Assembly (NCBI RefSeq): GCF_037042905.1
Contig: NC_087250.1
Span: 27,654,001-27,718,000 of the forward strand
From: Lytechinus pictus
Taxonomy: Eukaryota
Reading direction: 5' to 3'
DNA: 64,000 nucleotides
The notes beneath the pieces were generated by a model. It was not told where the DNA came from, did not search any database, and worked only from the letters and a program-made list of their open reading frames with translations. A program made the translations under genes and the position numbers. Shown piece after piece: positions 52,400 to 64,000 of this stretch. The stretch's first letter is position 1; each line of letters opens with the position of its first letter.

Positions 52400-53970
52400 G
52401 TATCATTTTTTCAGCTTGCGTTTTGTGCTCGCTCCAACAAAGTTTAGATGTCCGTTTACCAATCCCAGTTTAAAAGTAAGAAAAAAAAAAATTACAGCTC
52501 TCTCTCTCTTCTCGCTTGTATCAGAAGTTTAGTAAGAAATCTATTTTGTTCACAGTTAGAAAAAGGTGCTAAAAAAGTCAAGGTTAAAACTCGGAAAAAA
52601 AATTCAGCTCGCGCTTTGCGCTCACGTATTTTGTGTAGTTAGATACCTATCCTCTTAAGGGTAACAAAATATTAATTTCCTATTGTTTAGTTGGAAAATT
52701 AAAATTTTAAGCTTATGCTTCGCGCTTGTATCAATATTGTTTGAGTAAATACATATCATGTTTATGTTTACAAAAGTGCTTTATTGCTCACATTGATTGG
52801 TACATGTAGTATATGTATTCTTCTCATGTGTTACATGGAAACATTCATTAACAGGTAGCTTTTCAGATCAATATATTAAAATTTTCAGCTCCCGCTCGCA
52901 ATATCCTCTACATGAGCCACTGCAAAACTGTTATTATTAGCTCCCTTTTTAGATTAGTGTATTGAAATTTTGGCTCGCGCTTCGCGCTCCCATTAATTAT
53001 TTAATTACATACGCATATTGTTCATGAAAAAAAAAAAAAACTGCTCAGAATATCAAAGTTTATATCACTATACATGAAATATAAAAAAAGATAGCTCGCG
53101 CTTTGTGCTCGCGTTATTTCTTAAAGCCTTATTCTACTATCTTGTGTGGACGCACAAACCTGAGATGTAGTTAAAACTTCGGTCTTTTGAGAGAAATACC
53201 CCCTAAAAATTAGCTCATGGCGGCCAATCGGAAAAAAAATAATAATTTGTTTCTGCCGATCATTATTATTGTAAGATATGTGTTCTATTCCCCGGATAAC
53301 AAAAAAAAAGTATTAAGCTCTTGCTTTAGCTTTAGATTCCCATCATCCATTAGTGAGATAAGTATATCCTCTCAACAATTTTCATGCCTCTTAAAAAGTG
53401 TTCAAAGGTTTCCAATTCTGGTCACTATAATAAGATTTTCACCTTGGGCTTTGGACTCGCATCAATCATAAAATTAAGATACACAAATTGTTCTTTATTC
53501 TAAAAACGTGCTTAAACTGTCCAATTTTCAGATGGGAATATGAAAATATCCCAGCTCGCACCTCCTGTTTGTATGGCCTAATTAATCATGCTTAAAAATT
53601 GAAATTTTCAGTATAAATTATAAAAAAAAAAGAATCAGCTTGCGCTTGGCACTCGCATCAATTTTTTTTATTATAAAGGCATCTTATCCTGAATGATTTT
53701 ACGCGACCGCAAAGCGTGAGCTGATTTTTTTTGTATTCTAACCTGAAAACCGAAAATGATCTTTTTCATATTATTACAGAAAATTTCAGCTCGCACTTCG
53801 CGCTCACATTTTTTGTATTTATCCCTTGTAAGACACCTTGCCGTGTTTTTGAGAATAAATCTCATAATTTATTTAACTTCGGACGGTTTCTACAAAACAT
53901 ATTTATTTTGGTGCCCCCTACAAATGTTCAAGCAGCCTTCCAGCTGAATTAAGTCTCAGATACGCCATTG
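52400..53970. mobile_element. Degenerate element with periodic GCTCGCGCTTCGCGCTCGC motifs
   Basis: About 12 motif copies spaced ~85-220 bp apart; ends in GATACGCCATTG, similar to the termini at 488 and 48303. Confidence 0.6.
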
Positions 53971-55255
53971 CCTTTAAGATTACATTACTACCAAGGGATG
54001 TTATCAATAATATTTCTCACCTCCCGCTTACACAATTCTAGGCCTACTCTGATTAAAAAATACATGAAATTGAAACCCCCAAATACTTGAAACACAAATT
54101 ACTCGCGCTTCGCGCTCGCATTTATTATTTTTGAAGAAAAAGTGATATTACATATATATATATGGATTTGGAGGGCGCAATTCATCTTCGCTGGATAAGG
54201 TCACGACCGTTCCCAGAGAGTGATTAAACCCTCTATTTCTAACGTTTTTGGATATATATTTTGAGAAAGGACTAGTGGAATCTGAGGTAAATATAGTGAC
54301 ATAACATCTATTTGGAATCTGGATGTTGTTGCATGGTCTTGATATTTTGAGATTCCAACTTTGAGGTTAACGCCCAGGCTATTTTTGAAAGATGGCGGCC
54401 TACGCAAAAAAAGCCCGGTTTAAACCTCCAATAGACTCAACTGACATTAAACCGGTGTTTGTGAAACACAAGGACATCCCCTCTAGTAAATCGGAGGTTT
54501 ATGGCGTTCATATCTGACGTCCCAAGACGCCCGTATAGAGCTCATCACAAAAGGCATGAATGTTAGGAATGTCAATATCGCAGTATACGATAAAAATCCA
54601 TTCCTAAATGATGGAATGGATGGATGTATTCGCCTCATAATTAAGGACATACCCCTGTCAGCCCATGACTCCTTGATTTGTGACGAACTAGAGATGAGGA
54701 AATATAAAACTGTTGGGAAACCCACCTACCAACGGCTCCGTGTTGACGGGCAGTTGACAGACTGTCTAACCGGAGATAGGACTGTTTACATCCAGCAACC
54801 ATCCCAACCCCTCCCTCGTTTCATGACCTTCGGCCTCTTCAGAGGAAGAATCTTCCACCCAGGGCAAATCACAACCAACACAAGCAAGGTTGTAGTATGC
54901 TCCAACTGCTTGAACGAAGGGCACCATCGTTCAAGTTGCATTAACCCGGTTGTGTGCTGCAGTTGTAAACAACCCGGGCACATTCAGCGTGATTGCAGCT
55001 ATACGACCACGCCCACCTCGCAACAACAGGCTGATAACACCCGCACAGCAGATATCACCCCCGATGCCCAGGCGACAATTGAACAGTTCATCGCGTCCAA
55101 GCGAAATGCAGCTACACCCGTCACCGAACAGACGCATCACCCTGACGACCCCATACCTATGGAACCGAAGATTACGCGATCTAAAAGCAGCCGCCAATCG
55201 CAACAAAAGAATGCGTCGTCATCCAGGCAACCAGGCATATCTGAATACCTACGTA

Positions 55256-58200
55256 TAGTCCGGGTTATAATTGAGCAAGGTGCCACACGGAAAAGGAGAA
55301 ATTTTCATATAGTGCTTCTAGACCATTTTTTTACGCTGAATATGAATATATGAGGTAACCAGGCTGTATCCTGAAAATTAACCCGTGAGGGCGCTTTTTT
55401 CAAAATGGCCGCCAAATTTTCAGAACATTCGAATTTTCGTACATAGATTTTGACATAAACATTCCATTGCCACAAAGTTAGTGTCATATGAAAGACAAAT
55501 AAATTTCCTACAATTTGGTACTATTTGGAGGGGATAAGTAGGTCATTTGGCTGAGATTTTAAGTAGAAAACTGCATTTTTTGCCATTTTTTTCCAAAAAT
55601 TGAAAATTTTGCAAATACATGATTTTACATAATTCTAAGAGAAATGAATCAATTACCTTGAAATGTTCCAGAAAACTTTATTGATATACTATTATAATGT
55701 GGATGAAATTCCAACTCTGTATCATTCTTTTTAGGAAAATTATAAGGTATCAAACTTGAATACTTCATTTTCAGAAATGCCACTTTTTGTATGCATTTCT
55801 ATAGACTAATACGTATAACATGTATAATACATGTATGTATAATGTATAGTTACAAATTTAATGCAATTATCTCCGCTTTTCAACCACTTGGAGAGTTAAG
55901 AGTAGGCTTTTCTCTATCAGCTACATAAAAAAATGTTGGCACATCAAGGTCTGACCCTCTCATGGGGGTGGGGGTGTCGAAGTCACCCCCCCCCCCACCC
56001 TGCCCTTGGCTATATCATGTTGTTGTATATTTGTTGGAAAAAATACTGTTTTTGGAGCACCCATGAGGCAACAGGCATATCTGCAATATACAGTTCAGCC
56101 ACTTTGATTGCGGCTTTGAAGCTGCTTGGAGAGGAAACAGTAGGCTTTGTTCTACCAGCTACATCTAAAGAAGTGGCACATCGAAGCCTATATACCCCTC
56201 TCGGGGGGGGGGTGCTTAATATTGCCAATTTATTTGAAAATTCACAATTTTGGACACAACATTGAGGCCAGAAAGCGTTTGTGCTTTGTTATACACCCCA
56301 TTTTATTTATTTGAAACCACTTAGAGAGGAAAGAGTAGGGTTTGTTCTACTAGCTACATAATAAGCGCTGGCACATCGAACCCTAGCCCTCTCAGGGACT
56401 GTCTAAGTCAACCCCCCCCTCTATATCATGTATATTACCATTTCACCATGCTGTGTCACCCATTGAGGCATAAGGGCATTTCTACTATATATCATATAGC
56501 CAATTTTATTTTTTTGCAATTACTAGGAGAGGAAAGCGTAGGCTTTGCTCTATCAGCTACATATTATTAAGAAGCGCTGGCACATCAAAACCTACTCCTC
56601 CAAGGGGCTGTCTAAGTCAACCACTCCCCCTCCATATCATGTATATTGCTTATCCATGGAAATTACACCATTTTGAATCACCCATTGAGACAAAAGGGCG
56701 TTTCTTCTATATAGTACAGCCAATTTCATTTTCTAGCAATGACTTGAAGGAAAGAGTAGGCTTTGCTATATCAGCCACATATAATGAAGTGCTGGCAAAT
56801 AAAAGCCTACCCCCTCCGAGATGCTGTTGAAATCACCCCATCCCTTATGCATTATTGCATATTTATTGAAAAATTCACCATTTTGAAGCCCCCATTTAGG
56901 CAAAAAAAGCGTTTCTGATATATAGTTCTGCCGCTTTTACTGCCTTGAAACCACTTGGAGAGGAAAGAATAGGCTTTGCTCTATCAGTGACATAGAGAGA
57001 TTAGCTGGCAAATAAAATCCTACTTCCTTCAGGGGACTGTCAAAATTCCCCCCCCCCCCTTGAAATTCACCATTTTGGAGCCCCTATTGAGGCAAAAAGG
57101 CGTTTCTGATATAGTTCTGCCACGTTTAATGCCTTAAAACCACTTAGGGAGGAAAGAATAGGTTTTGCTTTATCAGCCACATATAAAGAACTGCTGGCAA
57201 ATAAAAGACAACCCCCTCCAGGAGGCTGTCGAAATCGCCCCATCCCTTTTTCATTATTGCCTATTTATTGAAAACAAAAATCACCATTTAGGAGCCCCCA
57301 TTGAGGCAAAATGTCATTTCTGATGATGGTTCTGCCTTTTTTCACCCTTGAAACCACTTGGAGAGAAAAGAATAGGCTTTGCTTTATCAGCCACATATAA
57401 AGAAGTGCTGGCAAATAAAAGCCTACCCCCTACAGGAGGCTGTCGAATTCACCCCCACCCCTTTTTCATTATTGCTTATTTATTGGAAAAGTCACCATTT
57501 TGGAGCCCCCATTGAGGCAAAAAGGCTGTTTTGATATATAGTTCTGACACTATTACCGCCTTGAAACTACTTGGAGAGGAAAGAGTTGACTTTCCTTTAT
57601 CAGCTACATATAAAGAAGTGGCTCTACTCTATACCAGAAACACATTTTTTGCCTCAATGGGGGCTCCAAAATGGCGAGTTTTCAAATGAATTGGCAAAAA
57701 TCGTAAAAAAAAGGTGGGGTATTATCTATATTCCCCTCAAGTGGGTCAGGCTTCGATATGGCAGCAATTCGTTATATACAGCTGAAACAGGGGAACCTAC
57801 CGTTTCCTTTCCAATCGGTTTCAAGAAAATGAAATTGGGTGTTTTATACAGCAGAAGTGCATATTGCCACAATGGGGGCTCAAAAATTGTGAATTTTCAA
57901 ATAATTAGGCAATAATAATAAAGGGGTCGGGTGATTTGACAGCCGCCCAGATGGGTAAGCTTCAATGTGCTAGCACTTCTTTATAGGTAGCTAATAGAGC
58001 AAAGCCTGTTCTTTCCTCTCTAAGTGGTTTCAAGGCAATAAAAGTGGCAGAGACGCCTTTTTGCTATATATCAGAGATGCCTTTTTACCTCAATGGGGGC
58101 TCAAAAATGGTGAATTTCCATAGATATTTATTTATTTATTCAACAAGGGTATCTATAGAGGCTGAAAAGCCGAATTGCATAACCATTTACCATCATCTTC

Positions 58201-60795
58201 GAGATAGGCTGCAGAGCCCTTTGAAGATTACAGCAGATGATGATGATTTACATAAAAATACAATCAACGTCAAATAAAAAAAAGCTCAATTTACACGAAT
58301 TCTACATCATAAGAAATATCAAAACACATAGAAAGTTTGTTTATCATGTTGAGGCCGCAAGTATCAAATATATAGATAGGCAATAATGCAAAGGGGGAGG
58401 GGTGATTTTGACAGCCCCCAGAAGGGGGTACGCGTTTATTTGCCAGCACATCTTTATATGTAGCTGATAGAGCAAAGCCTGTTCTTTCCTCTCTGAGTGG
58501 TTTCAAGGCAATAAAAGTGGCAGAGACGCCTTTTTGCTTTAATTGGGTCTCCAAAATGGTGACTTTTCAACAAATAGTCAAATACCGAAAATTGATGGGG
58601 TAAATTCTACAGCCCCCTGAACATTTTGAAGGGAATAAGCTTCGATTTGCCAACACTTCTTTATATGTAGCTGATATAGCAAAGCCTACTTTCCTCTCCA
58701 AGTCATTGCAAGAAAATAAAATTGGCTGTACTATACAGTGCGTCCCACAAAAACCGAAACCGAGATTCATCGATGATTTATCATAACTTAATCACAAACA
58801 CAATAGACAAATGACCTACAATGTACCATTGTAAAGCTTAGAGTCTCCTCTTTCATTTCATTCACGCATGGGTGACCAAAAACAATTTGAAGAGGGGATA
58901 CCAAAAAGTCATTTGGCGGGCTGTATCTGGGTATCAAAAAGAAAACCACATTTTTAAAAAGTTCAATATCTGCTCTTTAATTTGATACCTCAATTACAGA
59001 AAATGGTCAAGAAATAAAAAAGTTCTGGTTATTTGAAATAAGGCTTGAATTTCAATAATTTCATAAAATTAAGAGGTTCTACAGGCTAGCGTTCAAACTC
59101 ACTTGACACTCCGTTTTGTTGACGATCAGCCATGCATTACATCTTTTGTTAACCATGCGATAGCTTCTGTGGAAAAACGGTGAAAACACGTTTATTTAAT
59201 GAAATTATGGAAATACAAGCATTGTTTCGAGGGAACATAACTTTTTTACTTCTTTACCATTTTTTGTGATTCAGGTATCAAATAAAAGAGCAGATATTGA
59301 ACTTTTTAGGCTTGTGATTTTCTTTTTGAAATTCAGATACCCCCCGCCAAATGAGTTTTTTGTATCTTTTCTTCAAATTGTTTTTGCTCACTCATGCGTG
59401 AATGGGGAATAATCTAAGTAACATCAGATGAAAGAGGAGATTCTAAGCTTTACATTGGTAGGTCACTTGTCTATTGTATTATGATCAAGTTATGATAAAT
59501 CATCGCTAAATCTCGGTTTCGTTTATTCTGGGATGCACTGTATAGTAGGAACGCGCTTTTGCCTCAATGGGTGATCCAAAATGGTGAAATATCCAATAAA
59601 TCGGTAATATACATGATATAGAGGGGGGGGGGGGGGTTGAATTAGACAGCCCCTGAGAGGGCTAGGGATCGATGTGCCAGCGCTTCTTTATATGTAGCTG
59701 GTAGAACAAACCCTACTCTTTCCTCTCTAAGTGGTTTCAATTCAATAAAATGGGGTGTACAACAAAGCACAAACGCTTTTTGGCCTCAATGTTGGGTCAA
59801 AAATTGTGAATTTTAAAATAAATTGGCAATATTAAACAAAGCCCTCTCCCCCGAGAGGGGTAGGCTTCGATGTGCCACTTCTTTAGATGTAGCTGGTAGA
59901 ACAAAGCCTACTGTTTCCTCTCAAAATAGTTTCAAAGCAATCAAAGTGGTTGTGCTGTATATAGATATGCTTGTTTTTGCCTCAATGGGTGCTCCAAAAA
60001 ACAGTATTTTTTGCCAACAAATAGGCAATATACAACAACATGATATAGCCAAGGGTGAGGGGGGTTACTTCGTCACCCCCACCCCCATGAGAGGGTCAGA
60101 CCTTGATGTGCCGACACTTTTTTATGTAGCTGATAGAGAAAAGCCTACTCTAAACTCTCCAAGTGGTTAAAAAGCGGAGATAATTGCATTAAATTTGTAA
60201 CTATACATTATAGTATACATGTATTATACATGTTATACGTATAAGTCTATGGAAATGCATACAAAAAGTGGCATTTCTGAAAATGAAGTATTCAAGTTTG
60301 ATACCTTATAATTTTCCTAAAAAGAATGATACAGAGTTGGAATTTCATCCACATAATAATAGTATATCAATAAAGTTTTCTGGAACATTTCAAGGTAATT
60401 GATTCATTTTTCTTAGAATTATGTAGAATCATGTATTTGCAAAATTTTCAATTTTTGGGAAAAAATGGCAAAAAATGCAGTTTTCTACTTAAATTCTCAG
60501 CCAAATGACCTACTTATCCCCTCTAAATAGTACCAAATTGTAGGAAATTTATTTGTCTTTCATATGACACTAAATTTGTGGCAATGGAATGTTTATGTCA
60601 AAATCTATGTACGAAAATTCGAATGTTCTGAAAATTTGGCGGCCATTTTGAAAAAAGCGCCCTCACGGGTTAATTTTCAGGATACAGCCTGGTTACCTCA
60701 TAAATTCATATTCAGCGTAAAAAACTGGTCTAGAAGCACTATATGAAAATTTCTCCTTTTCTGTGTGGCACCTTGCTCAATTATAACCCGGACTA
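55256..60795. mobile_element. 5.5-kb foldback, Academ-like non-autonomous transposon
   Basis: GTA|TAGTCCGGGTTATAATTGAGC...GCTCAATTATAACCCGGACTA|GTA. TIRs exceed 1 kb and continue into inverted arrays of ~180-bp subrepeats. Confidence 0.85.
58736..59540. mobile_element. Tc1/mariner-like MITE nested in the right arm of the foldback element
   Basis: Same family as 38671-39490; TA TSD; absent from the mirror position in the left arm (~56710). Confidence 0.9.
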
Positions 60796-61011
60796 GTAGC
60801 GAGAAAGCAAGTTCGCGAGAGTCGGCAGTCACAGAGGAAGAAACAAACACAGATGCAACAGCTTCAGGAGATGAAGAAGAATCCGACTCGTATCTATCTC
60901 CCGAAACACCGAGCCCTAAAAAACAAGGGGAAAACCCCGTCAAGCGTAGGAGAAAACAGAAAAAATGAAGAAAAAAAAAATGAACAGTAATTATTCTTGA
61001 AAGGTGCAGAG

Positions 61012-62656
61012 ATGGTCCATATCTGTTCTAACTTGAAAACGCAGAATCTACACCTCATTTCTCTTAATGTCAGAGGCATTCGGAATAAAGTAAAACGAGG
61101 CGTTACATTTTCATGGTTATCTTTTCAAAAAGTGAATGTAATTTTATTACAAGAAACCTTCTTAACAACTGAACTGGAATATGCGTTTAGATCATAAAAA
61201 TGTGGTGAGCTGTGCTTTTTCAACCATGGAACAAATCATTCTAAAGGCGTTGTGACTATAATAAAAAAACAGGATAACATTGAAATACTCGAAACTTTTG
61301 TGAAATTCGACGGAAGGGCAATCGCTGTAAGATTAAGTGTTAAGAAAAAAGTATACTTTCTTCTAAATGTTTATGCCCCTACTAAAAAATCTGAAAAAGA
61401 AATATTTTTCAAGATAATGTATAACTGGATAAAAGATATAAAACAAAAGGGTGATTTACTCGTATTTGGAGGTGATTGGAACTGTGTACAAGATCCCAAG
61501 CTTGATACCCAAGGTTGTTCACAGGCTTATAAACAAATTAAAGGGTTACAAAATATTCAGAATAAATTTAGTCTAAGTGACGTATGGCGAAAATGGTATC
61601 CACTCGGAAAACAATTTACCTGGCGTCAATTAACGTTAGTTATATCATCTCGACTTGATTACTGGTTGATTTCTTCATCATTGTATTGTAATGTTCAAAG
61701 TACTGATATCAGACCTGCAATCAAGTGTGATCACTGTGCCATATCACTAAAATTAAGGATAGAAAGTGTTACGAGAGGAACGGGGACATGGAAATTTAAT
61801 AATTCATTATTACATGATTCTGTCTATAAGAAACATATTAAGTATATTATAAACTCTACATCATTTCAATGCTATATGAATGCAAGAACCAAATGGGACA
61901 TTATGTGAAAAATAAGGATTCGAGAGTTTACCATGAAATTCGCCAAGCAAAAGCAAATTGAAAAGATGGAATGGTATAAAAGAACGTACGAAATGTACAT
62001 GTTATTGTGCAGGAATGTTGACAGTGGTAATTACGAAAGAAACGACATAGCAAGAATGAACGATCTGAAAACAGATATTGAAAAATGGTATGCACATAGA
62101 TGTAGGGGCGCATTTGTAAGATCTCGCGAACGGTGGATGGAATCTGGCGAAAGATCTAACAAGTATTTTCTCAATTTAGAAAAGAAAAATGGAAAACAAA
62201 AAGAGATTGACTGTATAAATAAAAATGGAAAAATTGTTACTGGTAATGGAAACGTTCTTAAAGAAATAACAAAATATTACAAAGACTTATACTAAAAAAA
62301 GTCTTTAAGTGTACATTCCAAAATAAAAAAGTACCTAAAAAATACAAATTTAACTACTCTTTCTGAGGATGATGCACTGGCTTGTGAATGCTTAATAACA
62401 GAAAAGGAATGTTTTGAAGCGTTAAAAACAATGAGAAATAACAAATCTCCCGGCAGTGATGGACTAACTGCTGAATTCTATCGGTGCTTCTGGGATGATT
62501 TAAAGTATATGTTGATCGATAGTTTGAAAGTCAAGAGTTGCCTGAAAGCCAGAACAGGCTGTCATTACATTGTTGCATAAAAAAGGTGACAAGAGAGTAA
62601 TAGACAACTGGAGACCAATTTCATTGTTGAACATTGACTACAAGATCCTTGCAAAG
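61012..62656 (+). pseudogene. Tx1/L1-clade LINE ORF2 (AP endonuclease and start of reverse transcriptase), inactivated
   Basis: Motifs SLNVRG, LLQET, NVYAP, GGDWN, SRLDY, CDH, WKFN, KSPGSDGLTAEFY and NWRPISLLNIDYKILAK. In-frame stops at 61195, 61906 and 62293; interrupted at ~62656. Confidence 0.95.
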
Positions 62657-64000
62657 GGTGATTGCATACGTGTCGTACGGGACATTTAGAGAACATTTGA
62701 CAGTTTTTTGACAAGAAAAACAAAAAATATTCCAGTAACTAAAGGTGATCATCAAGTACTACCAGAGTGTTAGAAAAACCAAGACTTAACATGACTTGAA
62801 TTCACATCCTGTATAATACAGATTTAAAGTAGTAATGTGTCGTACGGACGCAGAAAAGGTGGCTTTTTTAGAAACCTCAAGTTTGTACTCTAAAGTCTGT
62901 GAGTTGGACAGATAATTTTCATAGAAACTGAACTAAAATTGATATTCAATTACCCAAGAACAAACACATCTATGAAAGAAAGCAAAATAATCCTTCATGA
63001 ATAAATAAAGCAAATTGCAATTTTCGAGAACATTGTGGGGTACGGGACACTCAAAATGTTACGGGACATTTCTAAATTGAAGCCAAACTTTCTTACTTTA
63101 TGTCTCTTTGACTTCTTCAATCACTTTTTTTGGCTGATGATAATGATAATCCTATCAAACTAAAGACATTCATTATGTTAGAAACCGCTATTGGCTGAAT
63201 ATTTCTTTCAATTATCATAAACAAAAAAATGTGTCGTACGGGACACTTGTGTGTCGTACAGGACACTTCTGTGTCGTACGGGACACTTCTGTGTCGTACG
63301 GGACACTTGTGTGTTGTACAGGCACTTGCGTGTTGTACTCGGCAGCCTGAATAAAACAATGATCTTTTTATTAATCAGAAGGGGAGCATTGCCCCTAAAT
63401 TCTTCGTTTTTAATGAAAAGTCTTTTAATAAGTAGTCATTCAGGACAATATAATTAAGTAACCTCAATATATACAATCGGGAGCAATATGTTATCATTTT
63501 TTTCATGATGGGAAATGTACAAGGGTTCACAGCATTTTTACGAGCTGAAAAACTTGAGGTTTTGTGTGAAGTTATATTTAGTGAATTAATTGATGATTTC
63601 CAATACACTATTTAAACAATGAATGAATGAAACTCTTTGTGTAAATTATGGGGCTAAAATGTTATAATTTTTCATATAAAATGTATATACACTAGCGTAC
63701 CTACGGGGGGGGGGGGCACTCTGCCCCCCCTGACGAGCCACAACCCATACAAAAGACATATACCTGCCCCCCCCCTGACGAGCTTGAAGACATTTATAGG
63801 GTGAATCAATTTTAAAGGTTTTCTTTTAATGCTCAATGACATATAAATTAACCTGCTCTGACCAGTGAAAATCACCAGTTTAATTGGAGGGATTCACAAA
63901 AGAATACGCCTACATGAAATCAATTAAAATGGTTAGAATCACCTATTTCATGTTCTATGGAGATAAAAAAGTACTTTTCAGTTCACTTTACGTCAAATCA
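62657..64000. mobile_element. Unclassified insertion(s) interrupting the LINE RT and running off the window
   Basis: Abrupt loss of the RT frame; GTGTCGTACGGGACAC motif repeated, tandem 20-mers at 63231-63340; a further TE-like start CACTAGCGTACC at ~63690. Confidence 0.55.

Larger units (their letters stand above)
54392..60968 (+). pseudogene. Tx1/L1-clade LINE ORF1 (gag-like, two CCHC knuckles), split by an insertion at 55256-60795
   Basis: CSNCLNEGHHRSSC and CSCKQPGHIQRDC zinc knuckles; GGLWRSY..YDKNPF motif. The frame resumes at 60799 and ends KRRRKQKK*. The 5' part is damaged. Confidence 0.85.

Noticed and set aside
52400..53810. Repeat-spacer pattern as CRISPR
   Set aside because: Repeats are degenerate, spacers are long, uneven and residually similar, and the array lies inside a TE-like element.
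55305..60746. Mirror-image ORF pairs (55305/60564, 56010/59823) as duplicated genes
   Set aside because: They arise from the inverted arms of the foldback element and have no transposase motifs.

Overview
AT-rich, repeat-dense eukaryotic DNA. The repeat families and gene content suggest an invertebrate deuterostome, probably a sea urchin; this is an inference. Only one intact protein-coding ORF is supported: 24158-25795 (+), a 545-aa RING-less TRIM-like protein with a B-box, coiled coil and beta-propeller, encoded in a single exon. A splice acceptor sits 30 nt upstream of its ATG. A short module (NF-kB-like site, Inr-like sequence, ~80-nt non-coding exon, GT donor) recurs at ~8.5, 13.75, 22.65 and 49.55 kb; the 8.5 and 49.55 kb copies add an IRF-like site and the 49.55 kb copy lacks the kB site. 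These modules lie within diverged segmental duplications, and the paralogous empty sites allow many TE insertions to be delimited exactly. The rest is nested mobile DNA: a Tx1/L1 LINE split by a 5.5-kb Academ-like foldback element, a possible 10.4-kb CACTG-terminal element containing an intron-bearing, frameshifted Harbinger transposase fragment, Kolobok-, hAT-, Tc1- and Sola-like non-autonomous elements, a solo LTR, tRNA-derived SINEs, CR1/L2 fragments and minisatellites. No CRISPR, rRNA or true tRNA genes were found. All calls were made by eye with no database searches, and superfamily labels rest on terminal and TSD signatures only.
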